Shown: positions 36,759 through 46,063 of the stretch, one piece after another
How positions within the stretch are numbered: the stretch's first letter is position 1
How the letters are laid out: every line of letters starts with the position of its first letter
Source: Victivallaceae bacterium
GTDB taxonomy: Bacteria > Verrucomicrobiota > Lentisphaeria > Victivallales > Victivallaceae
Reading direction: 5' to 3'
Length of the DNA stretch: 64,000 nucleotides
NCBI GenBank assembly: GCA_041665605.1
Contig: JBAYIO010000005.1
Span: 20,641-84,640 of the forward strand
The notes under the pieces: generated by a model
What the model was told of the DNA's origin: nothing
What the model saw: only the letters and a program-made list of their open reading frames with translations
The model's database searches: none
Position numbers and translations under genes: made by a program

Positions 36759-37964
36759 ATGGAAGCGAAGAAATTCAAATATGTCGTGGCCGGCGCCGGA
36801 CTTGCGGGATGCTGGGCTGTCGACGGGATAAGGGCACTGGATAAAACGGGTTCGATTCTTCTGCTGGGCGATGAAAAGCATCTGCCGTATGACCGTCCGC
36901 CGTTGACTAAAAAACTGTGGTTTGGAAAAAAGAAGGTTGAAGATATATTTATCAGGACGCCACAGTATTTTACAGACAATAATACAGATGTACTCCTTAA
37001 TACAACGGCGACCGTGTTTGATTCAGGCAGCAGAACCATCACTTGCAGCGACGGCGGCATCTATCAGTATGAGAAACTGCTTTTAGCGACCGGCGGCAGG
37101 CCGCGCCGGATGAATATCGAAGGGGCCGGTCTCGACGGGATTTATTACTACCGGTATCTGGACGATTTTATCAAACTGCAAGCCGGGGTTCGTGACGGCA
37201 CCAGGGCGCTGGTTATCGGCGGCGGCTTCATCGGTTCGGAAATAGCGGCGGCGCTGAATGTCAATAAGGTTGACGTGACGATGCTGATGCCGGAAACGTC
37301 GCTTATGGAACAGCTCTTTCCGAAGTCACTGGGATATGCCATCAATCAGGATTACATTCGGCGAGGGGTTAAACTCATTCTCCAGGACATTCCAGTTTCG
37401 ATTGTCAGACGAAACGGGAATCTGGTAACACTAACAAAGAACTGCAAAGAGATAACGTCGGATGTCATTATTGCAGGCATTGGTATGAAGCCCGATACGC
37501 AGTTGGCGGAATCGGCTGGACTGGCGCTGGAAAACGGGATTGCGGTCAATGAATTTTTGCAAACCTCGATGCCGGATATTTACGCGGCTGGCGACAATGC
37601 TTGTTTTCCATACGAAGCTCTCGGCCGCCGCATGCGGGTAGAACACTGGGACAACGCGGTCAATCAGGGCCGGGCGGCGGGCATGAATATGGCCGGAGCT
37701 GATACTGCCTATACTTATATGCCGTACTTTTTCTCAGACCTGTTCGATTTCGGCTATGAGGCAGTCGGCCTGGTTAACTCAAAACTCGAAACAGTCACAG
37801 ACTGGCAGAAGGAAAACGACACCGGGGTTGTATATTATCTCGAGAACGGCAAAGTGGCTGGTGCGATGATGTGCAATGTGTGGAATAAAGTTGAAGCAGC
37901 ACGTGAGTTGATAAAAAGCCGCCGCCTGACGACGGCGGAAGAACTGCACGGGCTGATTCGATAG
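36759..37964 (+). CDS. FAD-dependent pyridine nucleotide-disulfide oxidoreductase (ferredoxin-reductase/AIF-like)
   Basis: KYVVAGAGLAGCWAV (FAD GxGxxG), a second Rossmann motif LVIGGGFIGSEIAA, and YAAGD. AGGAGGGGAG RBS. Confidence 0.85.
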   Translation: MEAKKFKYVVAGAGLAGCWAVDGIRALDKTGSILLLGDEKHLPYDRPPLTKKLWFGKKKVEDIFIRTPQYFTDNNTDVLLNTTATVFDSGSRTITCSDGGIYQYEKLLLATGGRPRRMNIEGAGLDGIYYYRYLDDFIKLQAGVRDGTRALVIGGGFIGSEIAAALNVNKVDVTMLMPETSLMEQLFPKSLGYAINQDYIRRGVKLILQDIPVSIVRRNGNLVTLTKNCKEITSDVIIAGIGMKPDTQLAESAGLALENGIAVNEFLQTSMPDIYAAGDNACFPYEALGRRMRVEHWDNAVNQGRAAGMNMAGADTAYTYMPYFFSDLFDFGYEAVGLVNSKLETVTDWQKENDTGVVYYLENGKVAGAMMCNVWNKVEAARELIKSRRLTTAEELHGLIR

Positions 37965-37992
37965 ATTCAGAAATCACAAGAGGAGTATTGCG

Positions 37993-38313
37993 ATGAAACT
38001 GACAGAACAAAAATGTGAGGCTTGCCGGGCGGACATGCCGCCGCTTTCAGCGGAGGTGGCGCTGGACATGATGCAGGAAATTCCTGAATGGACAATAAAG
38101 GACAATGCTCTTGAACGGGTGTTCAAATTCAATGATTTCAAGAACGCGATGAAGTTTGTCAACCGGGTGGCGGAGGCGGCTGATCAGGAGGACCACCATC
38201 CTGATATACACATTTACTACAACAAGGTGCATATTGTGCTGTTCACCCACAAGATCAAAGGGCTTTCAAAGAACGATTTTATACTGGCGGCCAAGATAGA
38301 TTCGGCGGCATGA
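37993..38313 (+). CDS. phhB: pterin-4a-carbinolamine dehydratase
   Basis: DQEDHHPDIHIYYNKVHIVLFTHKIKGLSKND fits the recalled PCD catalytic motif [EDKH]-x3-H-[HN]-[PCS]-x5,6-[YWF]-x9-[HW]-x8,15-D. Confidence 0.88.
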   Translation: MKLTEQKCEACRADMPPLSAEVALDMMQEIPEWTIKDNALERVFKFNDFKNAMKFVNRVAEAADQEDHHPDIHIYYNKVHIVLFTHKIKGLSKNDFILAAKIDSAA

Positions 38314-38322
38314 AGAAAGTTG

Positions 38323-38865
38323 TCAGCTTAAAATCAGGCGGCGGAGGCAGCCGGTAAAATCACGCTGGAGATGCAGTTCAGCCGTGCGTCTTATGACCGG
38401 CTCGGCTGAAAGCGGCGTGCGGGTGTCCGGCAGCAGCAAGTCCGGCGCTAATTCCCAAAGCGGAACAGCCACAAAAGAATAATGCCGGATAGACTGGTCC
38501 GGCAAAGTCAGTGCTGACTCATCAACAACCAATGTCCCGTATAAAATTAAGTCGAGGTCAATGGTTCGCGGAGCAAATTTGTCGGCGGAGCGGACGCGTC
38601 CGAGACGTTCTTCGATTTTACGCAATATATCAAATTTTATCTCATGCGGCTGTTTAGCAGTTTTAATTTTGACAACCCCGTTTAAAAAATCGGGTTGCGC
38701 AGTGGAGCCTGCGGCGGCGGTCCTGTAGAAATTCGACATGGCGGTAATTGATAGTTCAGTGTTCAACATGGCCAGCGCACGGGGAATATTGTCCTCCGGT
38801 TTGATATTTGAGCCGATGGCGACAAAAGCGTCGGCCCAAGGTTCAGTATGCGGGATTTCAGTCAT
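38323..38865 (-). CDS. folK: 2-amino-4-hydroxy-6-hydroxymethyldihydropterin diphosphokinase
   Basis: AFVAIGSNI and RTIDLDLILYG blocks. 8-nt overlap with folB. Confidence 0.88.
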   Translation of the reverse strand: MTEIPHTEPWADAFVAIGSNIKPEDNIPRALAMLNTELSITAMSNFYRTAAAGSTAQPDFLNGVVKIKTAKQPHEIKFDILRKIEERLGRVRSADKFAPRTIDLDLILYGTLVVDESALTLPDQSIRHYSFVAVPLWELAPDLLLPDTRTPLSAEPVIRRTAELHLQRDFTGCLRRLILS

Positions 38866-39232
38866 CGTTGCGCTTCCTGAAAATTTCGACGCCTACGCTT
38901 CTGGCGTACCGCAGAGCACCGGGTTTATCGACCTTTATATTTACCGCCTTGACGCGGGGATGGGCAAGACAGATCTGGGCGATGCTGTCCGCCAGCCGCT
39001 CGACAAGATAAAAACTTGAGCTTTCCGTCATCGCGATTATCTGTTTTTTAATTACTTTATAATCGACGGAATCTTCAATGCTGTCGGTTTGGCATGGACG
39101 GCTTAAATCGGCGTAAAGCGTGATGTTGATAAGCACATCCTGTTTTTGTGTGCGCTCCCAGTCGTTCAGGCCGATAACACATCGCAGCAGCAGATCGGTA
39201 ATATGAATTTTGTCGAATCTTTCTATATCCAT
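38858..39232 (-). CDS. folB: dihydroneopterin aldolase
   Basis: DKIHITDLLLRCVIGLNDWERTQKQDVLINITL and DSVDYKVI blocks. Confidence 0.85.
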   Translation of the reverse strand: MDIERFDKIHITDLLLRCVIGLNDWERTQKQDVLINITLYADLSRPCQTDSIEDSVDYKVIKKQIIAMTESSSFYLVERLADSIAQICLAHPRVKAVNIKVDKPGALRYARSVGVEIFRKRNDD

Positions 39233-39268
39233 AAGCGCCGTCCATGTAATCCTTGCATCATGCTTCCG

Positions 39269-39913
39269 CTATTTTTTGCCGCATGCAGCCATAAATTCTG
39301 CTCGCAACGCGGGATCTCCATCATAATTTCCGCGCCAGAACGTGGTGCGGGTCATAGGAGACATTTCTTTGACGCCGCGCATCTCGACGCATAGATGATG
39401 CGCTTCAATGTACACCGCGACGCCGTGAGGTTCCAGAAGATGATTGAGCGTGTCGGCGATTTGCTGGCCGATGCGTTCCTGTACTGCAAAACGCCGCGTG
39501 AAAAGATGAACCAGGCGCGACAGCTTTGAAATACCGATGATGTGTTCATGTGAGATGTAGCCGACATAAACAACGCCGTAGAACGGCAGACTGTGATGTT
39601 CGCAGAGCGAGAAAAAGTAAATAGGCCCTTCGATTATCTGGCTCAGGTGGCAATCAGCCCCGCCGCGGCACTCGGTTTCAAACACCTTGACCAATTTCGG
39701 GTCGCCTTCATAACCCTCGGTTGCCTCGATCAGGGCATTGATGAAACGGCGTGGTGTTTCCTCGGTGGCCGGAGTATTTAAATTCAACCCAAGCGCGGTA
39801 AGTATTTCGGCCGCATATCCTTCGAATTTATGGATTTGCTCGTCACTGATCTGCCGCTTTTTGATATGCAATAAATTATTTTCGTCATCGAATAAATGTT
39901 CATTCATATGCAA
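39269..39913 (-). CDS. folE: GTP cyclohydrolase I
   Basis: FFSLCEHHSLPFYGVVYVGYI (CEHH zinc motif) and FTRRFAVQERIGQQIA. Confidence 0.9.
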   Translation of the reverse strand: MHMNEHLFDDENNLLHIKKRQISDEQIHKFEGYAAEILTALGLNLNTPATEETPRRFINALIEATEGYEGDPKLVKVFETECRGGADCHLSQIIEGPIYFFSLCEHHSLPFYGVVYVGYISHEHIIGISKLSRLVHLFTRRFAVQERIGQQIADTLNHLLEPHGVAVYIEAHHLCVEMRGVKEMSPMTRTTFWRGNYDGDPALRAEFMAACGKK

Positions 39914-40151
39914 AGCCTCCTAGTTTTTTGCCGACCGGCATAAGTAACTGACATTCCTGTCAGAAATACGCTAAAAAGATGTTTCCTCTTTATCAGCAAT
40001 AAAGTCTATCATCATAAGGTTAAATTTTCAAGAGGTAAAACACCGGATTTCTGTTTTGCGGCTTGAATTTAATATTCGCGTGATGCATATTGGGAGAATA
40101 CAGGAATTAGACCGGGGTGTTTCGCATTTATTTTAGATTCCGGAGTTTTTA

Positions 40152-41573
40152 ATGTCCAAATATTTTATTGTCATTTTTGCTGCTGCCGCATGTCTGCTGG
40201 CTGTTTCCTGTCAACCCGTCATTTCAAAATTCACCATGGAGAAAATGGTGGCGATAGATGATGAAGGCGATCCCAAACTATACGCTTACCAGGACGAGAA
40301 CCGGATTATTGAGGCGGAGGAATATACGTTTGACCATCAGCTTGACCAGATGATGTCAGCCATACAGAAAAGCGGCCGCAAAAAGATATTGATATATGTT
40401 TTCGGGGGAATGAATTCGGTCGACTCTATGGTTTCAATCACTGACGAAATGGCGCGGATTATTTATGCCCAGTCGGATTATTATCCCGTCTTTGTCAGTT
40501 GGGAATCCACCTTGTTCGAGTGCTATTTAGACCATCTGTTTATGATCCGGCGGGGAGTGAAGAGCTATGCTTTCGGTCCCGCGCTGTCGCCGTTTTATTT
40601 GACGGTGGATCTGGGGCGGGCGGTGACCAGGCTGCCGATCAATCTGGTTTACCAGTCGTGCGGAACATTCTCCTCTGACGGCGATTTCCCGGAGCTGGAC
40701 AACGATACCATTAAGAAAATTGACAATATGAAAATGCGTGTTTATATCGGCAAGGATAATTATCCTGGATATTACAGTGCGCTGGCCCGTACTTCATACA
40801 TCGCCGGCCTGCCGTTCCGGATAATCACCACGCCGGCGATAGACACCTGCGGCAAAAGCGCCTGGGATATTATGAAACGCCGTTCCAAAACTGCTTTCAT
40901 CAAAGCACAGCCGCTTGAAACAAGTGTTGAGAAAGAGATAAAAACAGCCTTGTCGCCGTCAGACGGCGCGATGTCGCGGCTGATGGACCGTTTGTGCGGA
41001 CTCTACCGCGGACATCCGGATTATGAGTTCACTGTCATCGGGCATAGCATGGGGCCGTTCATAATCAATGAAATGATTGCCCGTTATCCGGAACTGCCGT
41101 ATAAGAACATCGTGTATATGGCTCCGGCATGTTCGGTGATTGAAGCGGTCAGGGCGATCAAACCGTATCTGGAGAAAAATCCGAAATCCACTTTTTACAA
41201 TCTGTGCATCCATCCGCACCGGGACACGCAGGATATGATGGTTTACGGCTGCCTGCCGCGAGGCAGCGTGCTGGAATGGATCGACCTGTATCTGTCGGAT
41301 CCTGTTTCCGCCGATGATTTGACGCTCGGTCAATGGGACAATGCCGTTTTTCTGATGCCGCGGCTGATGGATAGTGTTCAGAGTCAAATTGTAGTAAAAG
41401 CTTTCGGACTGAGGGATCCGGCAACCAACACCATAGTTCTCGATATGCCGGGCCAGCATACGGATTTCGGCGAACCTGTGCTGCGGTTCTGGGAGCCGGC
41501 ATTCTGGGAAATTCCAGCCAGCGCCTCCACGAAAAACGGAATTACTAAGAATGGAATTAAAAAAGGCCGGTAA
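40152..41573 (+). CDS. lipoprotein alpha/beta hydrolase (DUF900-like)
   Basis: Lipobox LLAVS-C. ILIYVFGGMNS and nucleophile elbow VIGHSMGP. Confidence 0.7.
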   Translation: MSKYFIVIFAAAACLLAVSCQPVISKFTMEKMVAIDDEGDPKLYAYQDENRIIEAEEYTFDHQLDQMMSAIQKSGRKKILIYVFGGMNSVDSMVSITDEMARIIYAQSDYYPVFVSWESTLFECYLDHLFMIRRGVKSYAFGPALSPFYLTVDLGRAVTRLPINLVYQSCGTFSSDGDFPELDNDTIKKIDNMKMRVYIGKDNYPGYYSALARTSYIAGLPFRIITTPAIDTCGKSAWDIMKRRSKTAFIKAQPLETSVEKEIKTALSPSDGAMSRLMDRLCGLYRGHPDYEFTVIGHSMGPFIINEMIARYPELPYKNIVYMAPACSVIEAVRAIKPYLEKNPKSTFYNLCIHPHRDTQDMMVYGCLPRGSVLEWIDLYLSDPVSADDLTLGQWDNAVFLMPRLMDSVQSQIVVKAFGLRDPATNTIVLDMPGQHTDFGEPVLRFWEPAFWEIPASASTKNGITKNGIKKGR

Positions 41574-41706
41574 TACCGGCATAATATGCCGGAGTTGCTT
41601 GAGATATTGTTTGAATTTATTTCTTACGCAGATTAGAGTTGAGTAATTACAGACTGATGTTTATTCAATATTTTAAACAGATAAATGTAACAGGTAATGT
41701 CGAAGA

Positions 41707-42384
41707 ATGAAAAAAATAGCAGTATCAGTACACGATGTCACGCCGCGCTTCAGCAAAGAGCTTGAAGTAATATTCGCCGCGCTTGACGATGCCGGAGTGA
41801 AGGTGCGTTCCGAGCTGGTGGTGCCGGACTACCAGCGTCAGTTCAAACTTGCCGCACATCCTGATTTTGTCGCGATGCTTAAAGAGCATAGAAACCGCGG
41901 CTGTGATGTAAGCCTGCATGGTATATATCATGATTACGCCGAGTTCTACCGTTTTAATTACGATGCGGCGAAAGATGCTTTGCGCAAAGGTCTGGATATT
42001 TTTGGCGAAGCATTCAATTTTTTCCCTCCCGGTTTTGTTGCCCCGCAGTGGCTGCAAAGCCGCGGCAGTTTGCGGGCAGTATGGGAAAATGAATTTGTTT
42101 ATACTGCAACTTTGACCGGGGTGCATTTCAAAAGCGGCAATACCGCCAAAGCATTTCCGCTGAATTATGACTGGGGGCCGCTTGTGGTTGACCGCATCAT
42201 CACCTGCTGTAACAACCTGGCATGTCACATCCGCGGCGGCGGCCTGATCCGTTTCTCAATGCACCCGATGGATATCCCGGACCGGATGTTCGCGGCGGAA
42301 ATGAGGCAACTTCACTTTCTGCTGGACCACGGCTGGGAGCCGACTTCATACGAACAACTACGAAAAGAGGTAGACCATGTCTGA
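41707..42384 (+). CDS. DUF2334 polysaccharide-deacetylase-like protein
   Basis: The N-terminal AVSVHDVTPRFSKELEVIF pattern is typical of DUF2334 as recalled. 8-nt overlap with the downstream GT gene. Confidence 0.65.
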   Translation: MKKIAVSVHDVTPRFSKELEVIFAALDDAGVKVRSELVVPDYQRQFKLAAHPDFVAMLKEHRNRGCDVSLHGIYHDYAEFYRFNYDAAKDALRKGLDIFGEAFNFFPPGFVAPQWLQSRGSLRAVWENEFVYTATLTGVHFKSGNTAKAFPLNYDWGPLVVDRIITCCNNLACHIRGGGLIRFSMHPMDIPDRMFAAEMRQLHFLLDHGWEPTSYEQLRKEVDHV

Positions 42385-43546
42385 AAAACCGTGGACGGGA
42401 CGTCATCTGCTGCTGCTTAGCGGACCGATGGGAACAGGCCATGTTCAGGCCTCGCTGGCGCTGGCCAAGTATGCAAGTGAGCGCTATCCTGAAATGAAAG
42501 TCACTCATCTCAATGTCGTCGAACTGATGACGCCGGGATTGAAGATATTTTTTACGGACTATTATCATTTTATGCTGCGGCATATGTCGCTCATCTGGCG
42601 CTACATGTATCACTCATCGAATGTGCCGCCGGCCCATGCTCCGGTTTTCAGAAAACTGCTGGCGGCATGGCGCGGCACATTCGAGAGGCGTCTGATAAAG
42701 CGGATTAAAGAGTGTAATCCGGACTATATTATCTGTACTCATTTTTTACCTGCTGAAGTGCTTGGCAGAGCAAAAAGCGAGCGGAGAATAAACTGTTTTA
42801 CGTCCAGCGTGATAACCGATTTCTCGGTACACTGGGTCTATATCCAGACACAGTTAGACCTGTTTTTTGTTGCCAATCACGATATGTCGCTGATTATGCA
42901 CTTGCGCGGTGTCGGACGGGAAAAGATCTATATCACCGGCTGTCCTATTTTACCCGGTTTCTCTAAATCTTATTCCGACGAAGATAAAAAACGGTTGCGT
43001 GCTGAACTGGGGCTGCCGCATGATGCTAATTTGATAATGGTAATGATGGGCGGCGAAAATATTGGTCGTATTGCGCTTATCACCAGGACTTTGCTGGATA
43101 ATTTCCCCGGAGTATCCGTTTTGGCAATGACCGGCAGAGATAAAAAACTGTATCAGCAAATAGAGAAAATTGAGAAGAAATATCCGGGCAGGGTTTTCCC
43201 TATCTCTTTTACTACACGGGTTAATGATTACATGGCCATCTGTTATCTGGTAGTTTCCAAACCGGGTGGAATAACGATATCAGAATGTCTGGCGATGAAG
43301 AAGCCTATTATTGTCATGGACCCGATTCCCGGGCATGAAGAAAAGAATGCGGCATATCTGGCCACTCACGGGCTGGCTGCTTTCTCTGAAAGCCTGACCG
43401 ATCTTACCCTGATGGACGCCGAGCCAGGAGCTACCTGGATGCAGATGGTTTCGAATAACCACAGCATTTATGACCGGCATGATGCCGCCGGGAAAATTTT
43501 GAAAGTAGTTATTGAGTGGGAAGGCAATCCTCCTGTTCAAAATTGA
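42377..43546 (+). CDS. GT28 glycosyltransferase, MGDG-synthase/UgtP-like (diacylglycerol glycosyltransferase)
   Basis: LLLSGPMGTGHVQASLALAKY N-terminus and C-terminal KPGGITISECLAMKKP (GT-B). Confidence 0.8.
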   Translation: MSEKPWTGRHLLLLSGPMGTGHVQASLALAKYASERYPEMKVTHLNVVELMTPGLKIFFTDYYHFMLRHMSLIWRYMYHSSNVPPAHAPVFRKLLAAWRGTFERRLIKRIKECNPDYIICTHFLPAEVLGRAKSERRINCFTSSVITDFSVHWVYIQTQLDLFFVANHDMSLIMHLRGVGREKIYITGCPILPGFSKSYSDEDKKRLRAELGLPHDANLIMVMMGGENIGRIALITRTLLDNFPGVSVLAMTGRDKKLYQQIEKIEKKYPGRVFPISFTTRVNDYMAICYLVVSKPGGITISECLAMKKPIIVMDPIPGHEEKNAAYLATHGLAAFSESLTDLTLMDAEPGATWMQMVSNNHSIYDRHDAAGKILKVVIEWEGNPPVQN

Positions 43547-44610
43547 AATTCCAATTGCACCGGACCGGATCCCTGTTCTGGAAAGCCGGAGACGGTGACG
43601 CCGAGCAGGCGGACTTTGCGCTGGCCGGCCTCGGTTTTTTTCAGCAGACTGACGGCGGTATTCCGGATAAAGTCATATTCATTAATCAGACAGGGAAGGG
43701 TGAGGCTGCGGGTAACCGTCTGGAAATCTTCGTAGCGCAGTTTCAGGGTGACTGTTCTGCCTGCGAGGCCTTCCTCTTTCAGCAGGGACTCCACTTCACG
43801 GGATAAATCTTCCAGGATTTTGATTATTTCAGGGATGCCGGAAATATCAATTTGCAGCGTGGTTTCCCGTCCGAGCGATTTGCGCGGAACATTAGTTTCA
43901 ACTTCCCTGTCGTCAAAACCCCGTACGATATTGTAATAGTAGATGCCTGATTTGCCGAAATTTCTGATCAGTTCAGCCTGGTCAAAATTCTTTAAATCCA
44001 GGCCGTTATTGATGCCCAGCGCTTTCATCTTTCCGGCAGTTACTTTACCGACGCCGTAGAATTTGCCGATAGGCAGTTTTTCAAGAAAATCATTGGCCTT
44101 GTCAGGCGTAATCACAGTCAGCCCGTCAGGTTTGTTGATGTCGGACGCCACTTTTGCCAGGAACATGTTGAAAGATACTCCGGCAGAGGCGGTAAGCCCG
44201 GTTTCCCGGTGGATGCGTTCACGGATTTCCTGGGCCAGCAGCGTCGCGGAACGGCAATGTTGCTTGTTTTCAGTAACATCGAGAAAGGCTTCATCCACTG
44301 ATACCGGTTCAACCAGATCGGTATAATCATAAAATATCTTCTGTATCTGAGCCGAAACGGCGGCATATTTTTCCATGTTCACCGGCAGAAAAATTCCTTG
44401 CGGACAGAGTTTCTTCGCCTGGCTGGCCGGCATTGCCGAATGTACGCCGAATTTTCTGGCCTCGTATGAACAGGTACTGACGACCCCGCGTTTCCCGGGA
44501 TCGCCGCCGACGATCACCGGTTTGCCGCGCAGCGCCGGATTGTCGCGGATCTCGATTGAAGCGAAAAACGCATCCATATCAATATGTATGATTTTACGGA
44601 TCTTCGTCAT
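43537..44610 (-). CDS. dinB: DNA polymerase IV
   Basis: IIHIDMDAFFASIEIRDNPALRGKPVIVGG, SVDEAFLDV and GVGKVT blocks. Confidence 0.92.
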   Translation of the reverse strand: MTKIRKIIHIDMDAFFASIEIRDNPALRGKPVIVGGDPGKRGVVSTCSYEARKFGVHSAMPASQAKKLCPQGIFLPVNMEKYAAVSAQIQKIFYDYTDLVEPVSVDEAFLDVTENKQHCRSATLLAQEIRERIHRETGLTASAGVSFNMFLAKVASDINKPDGLTVITPDKANDFLEKLPIGKFYGVGKVTAGKMKALGINNGLDLKNFDQAELIRNFGKSGIYYYNIVRGFDDREVETNVPRKSLGRETTLQIDISGIPEIIKILEDLSREVESLLKEEGLAGRTVTLKLRYEDFQTVTRSLTLPCLINEYDFIRNTAVSLLKKTEAGQRKVRLLGVTVSGFPEQGSGPVQLEFQF

Positions 44611-44649
44611 TTTTGAAGCCTGATAAAGTTTTATCTAATAATAATAATA

Positions 44650-44671
44650 AAGGCCGGGGCAAGCCGGCCTT
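44650..44671 (-). terminator. intrinsic terminator candidate for 44697-45935
   Basis: AAGGCCGG, a 6-nt loop, then CCGGCCTT. On the minus strand it is followed by UUAUUAUUAUUAUUA, i.e. (TAA)5 at 44636-44650 on the plus strand. Confidence 0.6.
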
Positions 44672-44696
44672 GATTGAACAATTGAGAGAATTGAAA

Positions 44697-45935
44697 TTAC
44701 CGGCGTCCGCCGCCACCCATTCCGCCGGCTCTGCCGCCGCCAAATCCACCGCCACCCGTTCCGCCGCCGGAATAGGCCTGATGGAAATTGCCGACTCGCA
44801 TTGATTGTCCGTAATTTCGCTGTCCGCCTCCCGCATTCGGGATGGCGCCGGGGCGTGATTCCTGCCGGTTTATCGATTGCTCATAAGCATTGATCCGGTT
44901 ATCAAAATTATTGATATTGACGTTGGCGTTGTTGTATACCGGTTTCGGCACGGGGCGCGGCGTCGGTCTCGGATGCGGACGGTTATGATGATGCCAGTAC
45001 CAGTTTACCGGATAATAGGAGCCGCCGACACAATAAGTATAGCCGTAACCGTCGTCCGGAGTATAGTTGAAATTATTATCAGCCGGTATTGGCTGAGTCT
45101 GCTGGCTGCTGTCTGTGCCGCCGCCGGATGCGTCTGCTGTTTGAGACGCATTGGCTGAAGCGCTGGAATTATCGGTGGCGGCAGCGTTATTGTCCTGATC
45201 CGGCGCGGGAATATCCTCCTGCGGCGGAGGGTTATTCTGAGTGTTCATGGACGCTGCATATTCTCCATAAATGTTCAGGTATTTATTGATAATATCCACT
45301 GAACGGTTGACGCTTTCGGTGAAAACCGGAATGCCGTTGACCTTCTGATATGTGGCCTGGGCGCCTGTCGGATAAATATATCCGGTCCAGACATCGTCCG
45401 GCGGCAGATTTACGCCATCCAGCAGCACTCTTTTGCTTTTAATCGGCTTCCCGGTGGTGACTTCCTGGACTTCCACTATGCAACCCTGCTGGATCGGACC
45501 GACTGATTTAATTTTCACTAAGCGGCGCAATGCAAAAACGGCATACCTCAAATCTGCCGGATTGATGTTGATGTCGGCGCCGGCAAGTTTCTGCTGGACT
45601 TCTTTTTTGATCGCCTCCAGACGGGTTTTTTCGGTGCCGGCAACATCTTCCATTTCCGAAGATGAGTATTGCTTGACTTTCGCATCAAACTGCCGGCTTG
45701 CCACCGGCGTATAACCAAACCGTTTCTGGATATCCGCCGGAAGGTTGGTGAACGCAAGTCCGCGCAGAATGTAATTGCCGCCGGCATCAGTATAGCCGAT
45801 ATCAATTCCGGAAGGGTTTACTCCCTCAATGGTGATATTTTTATAAACTGTGCCATCGACAGTCTGGATATCTTCCGCATAGGCAAGACAGGGAAACAAC
45901 ATGAGCCCGGTAAGCAGGAACAGCAGTTTTTTCAT
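44697..45935 (-). CDS. secreted protein with a long low-complexity Asn/Pro/Gly-rich C-terminus
   Basis: Signal peptide MKKLLFLLTGLMLFPCLAYA. The tail includes HPRPTPRPVPKP and GGGTGGGGFGGGRAGGMGGGGRR. Confidence 0.6.
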   Translation of the reverse strand: MKKLLFLLTGLMLFPCLAYAEDIQTVDGTVYKNITIEGVNPSGIDIGYTDAGGNYILRGLAFTNLPADIQKRFGYTPVASRQFDAKVKQYSSSEMEDVAGTEKTRLEAIKKEVQQKLAGADININPADLRYAVFALRRLVKIKSVGPIQQGCIVEVQEVTTGKPIKSKRVLLDGVNLPPDDVWTGYIYPTGAQATYQKVNGIPVFTESVNRSVDIINKYLNIYGEYAASMNTQNNPPPQEDIPAPDQDNNAAATDNSSASANASQTADASGGGTDSSQQTQPIPADNNFNYTPDDGYGYTYCVGGSYYPVNWYWHHHNRPHPRPTPRPVPKPVYNNANVNINNFDNRINAYEQSINRQESRPGAIPNAGGGQRNYGQSMRVGNFHQAYSGGGTGGGGFGGGRAGGMGGGGRR

Positions 45936-46063
45936 CTTTCCGCTCCGTCTGTTAAGGATTATTTTCGGTTTTCTCTCTGATCACTATATACTATTGACCG
46001 GAATTCCAATTAGTCAATAAAAAATAAACAGCGGTATTCCTTAATCTCAATAAAGCAAGTTTA

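Noticed and set aside
39914-40000. THF riboswitch or other leader RNA upstream of folE (hairpin CTGACA-TTCC-TGTCAG at 39948-39963 and TGCCG-AC-CGGCA nearby)
   Set aside because: These are only two short hairpins. I cannot match them from memory to the THF-I or THF-II (folE motif) consensus, and a covariance-model scan would be needed. They are not reported as a feature.
40959-41582. 207-aa minus-strand ORF
   Set aside because: It is antisense to the DUF900-like hydrolase, including its GHSMG elbow.
41576-41592. Hairpin CCGGCAT-AAT-ATGCCGG right after the 40152-41573 stop, as a terminator
   Set aside because: The stem is only 7 bp, the loop is 3 nt and no U-tract follows. The downstream genes look co-oriented and could be co-transcribed, so the evidence is too weak to call.
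44636-44650. (TAA)5 microsatellite upstream of dinB as a phase-variation tract or SOS box
   Set aside because: It most simply serves as the U-rich tail of the adjacent minus-strand terminator hairpin. No LexA-type CTGT-N8-ACAG box is visible upstream of dinB.
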